Origin: an uncultured Muribaculaceae bacterium
GTDB taxonomy: Bacteria; Pseudomonadota; Alphaproteobacteria; Rs-D84
Length of the DNA: 32,000 nt
Direction: 5' to 3'
NCBI GenBank assembly: GCA_965231035.1
Contig: OZ246409.1
Span: 181,101-213,100 of the forward strand
In this document: positions 26,758 through 32,000 of the stretch, piece after piece
Numbering within the stretch: position 1 is the stretch's first letter
Layout: each line of letters starts with the position of its first letter
Position numbers and translations under genes: made by a program
Notes under the pieces: generated by a model
Seen by the model: the letters and a program-made list of their open reading frames with translations, nothing else
Told to the model about the DNA's origin: nothing
Database searches by the model: none

Positions 26758-27240
26758 TTACACATTTTTTGGACCGGGTATATTTTTCATTTTTTCCATT
26801 ACCGCTTCCATACCACCCATTCTTTGAACCATAGACATTTGGCGTTTCATAGTTTGATATTGTTTTATAATATGTTCAACTTCGCGTACACTTGTACCGC
26901 TGGTTTCAGCAATTCTGGTTTTGGCATTGGCAAAGATTTTTTCTGGATCATTGCGTTCTTCGGCTGTCATGGCTTCTAATATTTTTATTTGATGATCTAC
27001 GCTGCCGTCTTTGATTTTTTCTTTCATTGCACCAACAGCAGAACCCATACCTGGAACCATTTTCAACAATCCACTGAAGTTGCTCATCTTTTTAATTTGT
27101 TTCAATTGTGCCAACATATCGTTCATATCAAACTGACCAGACATCATACGTTGGGCTACTTCTTTCATACCGCTTGGGATTTTTTCTTCTATATTATTTT
27201 CTGTTGTTGTTTCTGTTTTTTTCTTTCCTAATCCAAACAT
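26758..27240 (-). CDS. Stand-alone SRP54/Ffh M-domain-like protein (no NG GTPase domain)
   Basis: The 160-aa Met-rich ORF is collinear with the E. coli Ffh M domain as I recall it. GQFDMNDMLAQLKQIKKMSNFSGLLKMVPGMG aligns with GFDLNDFLEQLRQMKNMGGMASLMGKLPGMG. TRIAETSGTSVREVEHIIKQY aligns with RRIAAGSGMQVQDVNRLLKQF. Confidence 0.75.
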   Translation of the reverse strand: MFGLGKKKTETTTENNIEEKIPSGMKEVAQRMMSGQFDMNDMLAQLKQIKKMSNFSGLLKMVPGMGSAVGAMKEKIKDGSVDHQIKILEAMTAEERNDPEKIFANAKTRIAETSGTSVREVEHIIKQYQTMKRQMSMVQRMGGMEAVMEKMKNIPGPKNV

Positions 27241-27263
27241 TTTACCACTCCTGTTATAGTTAA

Positions 27264-27833
27264 TTAAAATTTAGTACTGAAATGCAAATATGCACCACCA
27301 TCAGTTGGCTCTACTGAAACATTCGTGCTATCACTGTATCTGCTGGTAAACAAATAACCGAATCCTGTACCAATAACTGCACCACCGATTACGTCAGCCC
27401 AGTTATGTGTCTTGGAACGAATACGTGAATATCCAACAAAAGATGCCGCCGCATACATCGGTGCACCAATAGCCCACCCATATCTGCGTTGCCAATAAGC
27501 CGCACCAACAAAAGCAGACGAAGTATGACCCGATGGAAAAGATACACCACGTATTCCATCTGGCTGTCTTGGACGATCTGCATGAACTGTGTATTTCAGA
27601 ACTTCTGTGGTAACAAATGTTGACCCATAAGCTTTTGCAAACTGCCAATCACCTTCCCAATCTTTGATATATGTTGAATATGCAAGTCCAGATAAAGGTA
27701 TCGCAAATTGTAGAATGCTACCCAGGCTTTCCATTTGATGTTCGTCAATGGTCGGTGCACGGCCACGCGCAAAAGCACTTTGGGTTAATAAAATAGCCCC
27801 CAGGCCAAATAATAACGGTTTTTGTATTTTCAT
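27264..27833 (-). CDS. Secreted PAP2-superfamily phosphatase
   Basis: Signal peptide MKIQKPLLFGLGAILLTQSAFA, with the three PAP2 motifs KYTVHADRP, PSGH and SRIRSKTHNWADV. 189 aa, ending ...AYLHFSTKF. Confidence 0.8.
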   Translation of the reverse strand: MKIQKPLLFGLGAILLTQSAFARGRAPTIDEHQMESLGSILQFAIPLSGLAYSTYIKDWEGDWQFAKAYGSTFVTTEVLKYTVHADRPRQPDGIRGVSFPSGHTSSAFVGAAYWQRRYGWAIGAPMYAAASFVGYSRIRSKTHNWADVIGGAVIGTGFGYLFTSRYSDSTNVSVEPTDGGAYLHFSTKF

Positions 27834-27890
27834 ATTTTTACCCTTTGTTTTGGTCTATGGTACGTATTCTTAGATATTTATAGTAAATTT

Positions 27891-30731
27891 TCAACTTTTA
27901 AAATATTTCTTTAAATATTTTCCAGTAATTGAATTTTTATCTGCAGCAACTTGCTCTGGGGTTCCAACTGAAATAACTTTACCACCTTCGGCACCACCAG
28001 TCGGCCCCAAATCAATTACCCAATCTGCTGTTTTGATTACTTCCAGATTATGTTCAATTACGATAACGGTATTACCCTGGTCTACTAATTCCTGCAAAAC
28101 CGATAGTAGCATTTTTATATCTTCAAAATGCAATCCTGTGGTTGGTTCATCCAATATGTAAAGTGTCTGACCAGTGCTGCGTGCCGCCAACTCTTTGGAT
28201 AATTTTATGCGTTGCGCTTCACCACCAGACAAATCCAAACTGCTTTGTCCCAGTTTTATATAATCCAAACCAACGCGTTTTAATAATTCTAATCTACGGG
28301 AAATCTGTGGGACGTTTACAAAGAATCTGAATGCTTCATCCACAGTCATATCCAAAACATCTGCAATTGATTTGCCTTTGTATTTAACCGCCAGTGTTTC
28401 TTCGTTATATCTTTTGCCATGGCATTTATCACATTCGACATAAACATCTGCCAAGAAATTCATTTCGATTTTTATCTGGCCATCACCCTGGCAGGCTTCG
28501 CATCGGCCACCTTTGACATTAAAAGAAAATCTGCCTGCTGTGTAACCGCGTGTTTTGGCTTCGGGTAATTCTGCAAAGAAATCACGAATATTTGTGAACA
28601 CACCCGTATAAGTCGCAGGATTACTACGTGGGGTTCGTCCAATCGGGCTTTGGTCTATATCGACAACTTTATCAATATTTTCCATGCCTGTGATTATATC
28701 GTGGCTGCCTGCTTCCAGCTTTGAATTATAAAGTGCTCGCATTAACGAAGGATACAAAGTATCCAACAACAACGTTGATTTTCCAGATCCAGAAACACCT
28801 GTCAGCGCAATAAATTTACTCAGCGGAAATTCAACATTTATATTTTTCAGATTATTTTCGCGCGCACCTTTGATAACTATTTTTTTACCATTACCTTCCC
28901 TGCGAGATTTTGGAACGGCTATTTTTTTCGCCCCAGACAAATATTGACCAGTCAAAGAATCTTTATTTTTTATAATATCTTCGGGCGCACCAGCAGCAAC
29001 AATATGCCCACCATTCACACCAGCATTACGACCTATATCAACCAAATAATCTGCGTTGCGCATTGCATCTTCGTCGTGTTCAACAACAATTACCGTATTG
29101 TCTTTGTCACGTAACATTTTTAAAGTATCCAACAATTTATCATTGTCACTTTGATGCAGACCGATTGAAGGTTCATCCAAAACATACAAAACACCGGATA
29201 AACCACTGCCGATTTGTGATGCCAATCTGATTCGTTGTGCCTCACCACCAGAAAGCGTTCCAGCGGTCCGTGCCAGTGTCAGATATCCCAATCCTACGTT
29301 CTGTAAAAATTCTAAACGACTGGTGATTTCGCGCAGAACAATTCGTGCGATATCGTTTTCTTTTTGTGTCAGATGATTTGGCAAATCGCGGAACCAATTC
29401 AAAGATTCATTCACAGACATTGCCGAAACATCCATAATATCCAAACCATTTATCTTGATACACAAAGCCTGAATATTTAAGCGTTTACCATGACAAACCG
29501 GACAAGGCTTTTGTGCTTGGTATTTAGAAAGCTCAGACCGCATAGATTCTGATTCGGATTCACGCCAACGACGCTCTAAATTTGATATCACACCTTCGAA
29601 TGATTTTTCGTATTCAAACCCATTCCAATTAATTTTAACTGCTTCATCGCCTGTACCATACAAAACTATATTTTTATGTTCTTCGGTCAATGTATGCCAA
29701 GGCTTGCTTAATGGGATTTTATATTTTCGTTTCAAGGCTTCCAGTAAATGATCATACTGGGTTAGCATTCCGCCACGCGACCAAGGTGCAATCGCACCAT
29801 CCAAAATTGATTTACTGGGGTCTGGTATTATCAAATCAGGTGACATATTTAATTGAACACCCAAACCATCACAAGCGGCACAAGCACCAACAGGTGCATT
29901 AAAAGAAAATAAACGTGGTTCAATCTTTGGAACTGTAAATCCACTGACTGGACAAGCATAATTTTGGGAATATAAAATATCTTCGTCTGTATCAAGCCGG
30001 CGAATCAATACGGAACCTGGGACCAGTCTTAATGAACCTTCAAACGATGAATAAAGTCTGGAATTAAATTCTTCTTGTTCTTCTTTGGTTACTTTTTCTT
30101 TTGGTAAAGTCAACCTATCTACTATCACAAAAATATTATGTTTTTTATTTTTATCCAAAGCCGGAACCGAATGCAAATCATATACATCTCCGTCAACGAT
30201 TGCGCGCTGGTATCCTTGCTTGATTAGAAAAGCTATTTCTTTTCTGTATTCACCTTTGCGGTCACGAACCAAAGGCGCCATAACATAAATCTTGGTTGCG
30301 GCTGGCAGCTTCAAGGTCCAATCAACCATCTCAGCAATTGTTTGTGATTTAATTGGCAATCCTGTCACAGGCGAATAAGGAACACCAACGCGTGCCCACA
30401 ATAATCTGAAATAATCATAAATTTCGGTAACTGTTCCAACTGTGGAACGCGGATTTTTCGAAGTAGTTTTTTGTTCAATTGAAATTGCAGGAGATAAACC
30501 TTCGATAATATCTACATCAGGTTTTTTTTGCATATCCAAGAACTGACGCGCATAAGAAGATAACGATTCAACATATCTACGTTGACCTTCGGCATAAATC
30601 GTATTAAATGCCAACGACGATTTGCCCGAACCAGATACGCCAGTAAAGACCACCAATTTGTTTTTTGGTATGTCCAAGTCAATATTCTTAAGATTATTCT
30701 CACGTGCGCCGCGAATTTTAATTGTGTTCAT
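27891..30731 (-). CDS. uvrA: Excinuclease ABC subunit A
   Basis: 946 aa with two ABC modules (Walker [10 protein letters not shown] and GVSGSGKST; LSGGEAQR twice). It also has the zinc modules CPVCHGKRL and CEACQGDG...CDKCHGKRY. Confidence 0.95.
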   Translation of the reverse strand: MNTIKIRGARENNLKNIDLDIPKNKLVVFTGVSGSGKSSLAFNTIYAEGQRRYVESLSSYARQFLDMQKKPDVDIIEGLSPAISIEQKTTSKNPRSTVGTVTEIYDYFRLLWARVGVPYSPVTGLPIKSQTIAEMVDWTLKLPAATKIYVMAPLVRDRKGEYRKEIAFLIKQGYQRAIVDGDVYDLHSVPALDKNKKHNIFVIVDRLTLPKEKVTKEEQEEFNSRLYSSFEGSLRLVPGSVLIRRLDTDEDILYSQNYACPVSGFTVPKIEPRLFSFNAPVGACAACDGLGVQLNMSPDLIIPDPSKSILDGAIAPWSRGGMLTQYDHLLEALKRKYKIPLSKPWHTLTEEHKNIVLYGTGDEAVKINWNGFEYEKSFEGVISNLERRWRESESESMRSELSKYQAQKPCPVCHGKRLNIQALCIKINGLDIMDVSAMSVNESLNWFRDLPNHLTQKENDIARIVLREITSRLEFLQNVGLGYLTLARTAGTLSGGEAQRIRLASQIGSGLSGVLYVLDEPSIGLHQSDNDKLLDTLKMLRDKDNTVIVVEHDEDAMRNADYLVDIGRNAGVNGGHIVAAGAPEDIIKNKDSLTGQYLSGAKKIAVPKSRREGNGKKIVIKGARENNLKNINVEFPLSKFIALTGVSGSGKSTLLLDTLYPSLMRALYNSKLEAGSHDIITGMENIDKVVDIDQSPIGRTPRSNPATYTGVFTNIRDFFAELPEAKTRGYTAGRFSFNVKGGRCEACQGDGQIKIEMNFLADVYVECDKCHGKRYNEETLAVKYKGKSIADVLDMTVDEAFRFFVNVPQISRRLELLKRVGLDYIKLGQSSLDLSGGEAQRIKLSKELAARSTGQTLYILDEPTTGLHFEDIKMLLSVLQELVDQGNTVIVIEHNLEVIKTADWVIDLGPTGGAEGGKVISVGTPEQVAADKNSITGKYLKKYFKS

Positions 30732-30772
30732 AGCAAAGATTAATATAAAGAAAAAATTGAAGAATTCAATAA

Positions 30773-30799
30773 CAAAGGGGCGATTTTTTCGCCCCTTTG
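30773..30799 (-). terminator. Hairpin terminator immediately after the rodZ stop
   Basis: Perfect 11-bp stem CAAAGGGGCGA / TCGCCCCTTTG with loop TTTTT, starting 3 nt after the rodZ stop codon. The T tract on the minus strand is only moderate. Confidence 0.6.
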
Positions 30800-30802
30800 T
30801 TT

Positions 30803-31666
30803 TTAGTCTTCTGTTGGTGCAGCTGGCTGCTGAGGTTCTGCAGCTGGCATCAAACCATTCGGATTCATCAAAACACCAGATTTTCTGGCATTCACAGCAC
30901 CCAATTTTGGTGCCAATTTACCATTAACCCAAATATCTACACCGCCTGCGTTTCCAAATGTTCCCTTGTAAATATCGCCACTTGGAACATAATAAACGTC
31001 ACCAGCAACCAAAACACGACTGAAAACAGTGTTTCCACGAGCATCTTCAATCTTAACCCAAGATTCTTGGCTTGCTTGGATTATAACGTTTGCTGTTGTT
31101 GCATTTTCTGTTCCGAATTTTTCACGAACTTTTATGTTGTATTCTGGTTCTTTTACAACTGCTTCTGCGGCTTCTTCTGATTTATATTCATCAGATTGTC
31201 TTCCCAGTGACAAAACAAAAGACAAACCTGCAATCAGAATCACAAGACCTATGATTATTGAAACAATCCATCTCCAATGTTTATATGCATAAGTTGTAGT
31301 TTTTTCCAACGCCTTGCGTCCAATAGCTTTCATTTTTTTAACGCTATCGTCTGAATCTTCCATCATTTCTTCTTCGGCTTCTTCGTCAGATTCCGATTCG
31401 AATTTATCTTCGATTCCCATTTCTTTTTTTATTTTGTTAACTATTTCATCAGGGTTTAATCCCAATTCTATTGCATAGTTACGTGCAAAACCCAAAGCAT
31501 AAACTGGTTCTGGTATAGATTTATAATCGCCCTTTTCCAGCGCAGTCAAATATTCTTCGCGGATACACAACAATTTAGCAATTGTTGGAATTTCACGTTT
31601 ACGACGACCGCTGGTTCTGGCTTCTAAAAGCATCTGGGCAGCTGTTACTTCTTTACGTTCTGGCAT
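30803..31666 (-). CDS. rodZ: RodZ-like cytoskeleton protein (XRE-type HTH, TM segment, DUF4115 C-domain)
   Basis: N-terminal [40 protein letters not shown], an acidic linker, and TM span [22 protein letters not shown]. The C-terminal region is [27 protein letters not shown]... Confidence 0.8.
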   Translation of the reverse strand: MPERKEVTAAQMLLEARTSGRRKREIPTIAKLLCIREEYLTALEKGDYKSIPEPVYALGFARNYAIELGLNPDEIVNKIKKEMGIEDKFESESDEEAEEEMMEDSDDSVKKMKAIGRKALEKTTTYAYKHWRWIVSIIIGLVILIAGLSFVLSLGRQSDEYKSEEAAEAVVKEPEYNIKVREKFGTENATTANVIIQASQESWVKIEDARGNTVFSRVLVAGDVYYVPSGDIYKGTFGNAGGVDIWVNGKLAPKLGAVNARKSGVLMNPNGLMPAAEPQQPAAPTED

Positions 31667-31712
31667 TTGTTTTCATCCTTGGTGTGTAATTTATGATTAT
31701 TAATAATAGAAA

Positions 31713-32000
31713 TTATGTGTTATCAAAGCAATTGAAAAATTCATCAATTATATATTTCAAGGCGGTTGCCTCGGTTACTTGGTTAACGCGTATTCTGAAG
31801 TCGGCAGAATTTTTAAGCCCGGCAGAATACCAAGCCGCATGCTTTCTGAACAATGGAATTCCTGCCTTTTCGCCGTAATATTCTAGAACCAGATCCAAAT
31901 GTTCCAGTATAACTGCCCTTATATCTATTGATTCAGGTAACTTTTTTCCACTTAATTGACCCAACAACCAGGGTTTACCCAACAAAGCTCGACCTATCAT
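31713..32000 (-). CDS. tRNA-dihydrouridine synthase, C-terminal part (gene continues beyond the right edge)
   Basis: (V)MIGRALLGKPWLLGQL matches the Dus motif MIGRGALGNPW, and the helical C-domain has RKHAAWY. The apparent ATG at 32000 is internal and the frame is open to the window edge. Confidence 0.75.
   Translation of the reverse strand: MIGRALLGKPWLLGQLSGKKLPESIDIRAVILEHLDLVLEYYGEKAGIPLFRKHAAWYSAGLKNSADFRIRVNQVTEATALKYIIDEFFNCFDNT

Noticed and set aside
1-32000. CRISPR arrays, rRNA, tmRNA, SRP RNA, RNase P RNA, riboswitches
   Set aside because: I saw no regularly spaced direct repeats and no recognisable conserved cores, such as an SRP RNA GGAA tetraloop helix context or a tmRNA tRNA-like end. 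Intergenic space is too small except at 16888-17243 and 20799-21065, which are reported separately. A covariance-model scan would be decisive.

Overview
By eye this is an AT-rich, tightly packed chromosomal segment from a Gram-negative, LPS-making bacterium (lpxA and lpxB are present, and the three tRNAs encode their CCA ends). The gene content gives a loose Alphaproteobacteria-like impression, but that is only an inference. About 24 kb (7.7-32 kb) is ordinary housekeeping: lpxB-lpxA, a methyltransferase/M23 peptidase/bactofilin/rpiB run, leuS, tlyA, a hisS-prfA-aroK-mscL operon, a ptb-like gene, a DUF45 metallohydrolase, tkt, rnhA, an MFS transporter, rlmE, a PAP2 phosphatase, uvrA, rodZ and the 3' part of a dus gene. 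Genes often overlap by 1-11 nt. The left 7.7 kb differs. It is a same-strand block of genes for signal-peptide-bearing proteins that I cannot assign to any family. It holds a truncated ORF, two tandem divergent paralogs, a small Cys-rich protein and an ~830-aa protein with 32 Cys, interrupted by a tRNA-Leu/Ala/Leu trio and a YdeN-type serine hydrolase. Other points worth a second look are a free-standing SRP54 M-domain protein with no NG GTPase part, a 20-codon hydrophobic mini-ORF in the longest intergenic gap, and an MscL with a zinc-ribbon plus Lys/Thr-repeat tail. I saw no rRNA, CRISPR array, transposase, integrase or phage genes. All functional calls rest on motif recognition by eye; no database search was run.
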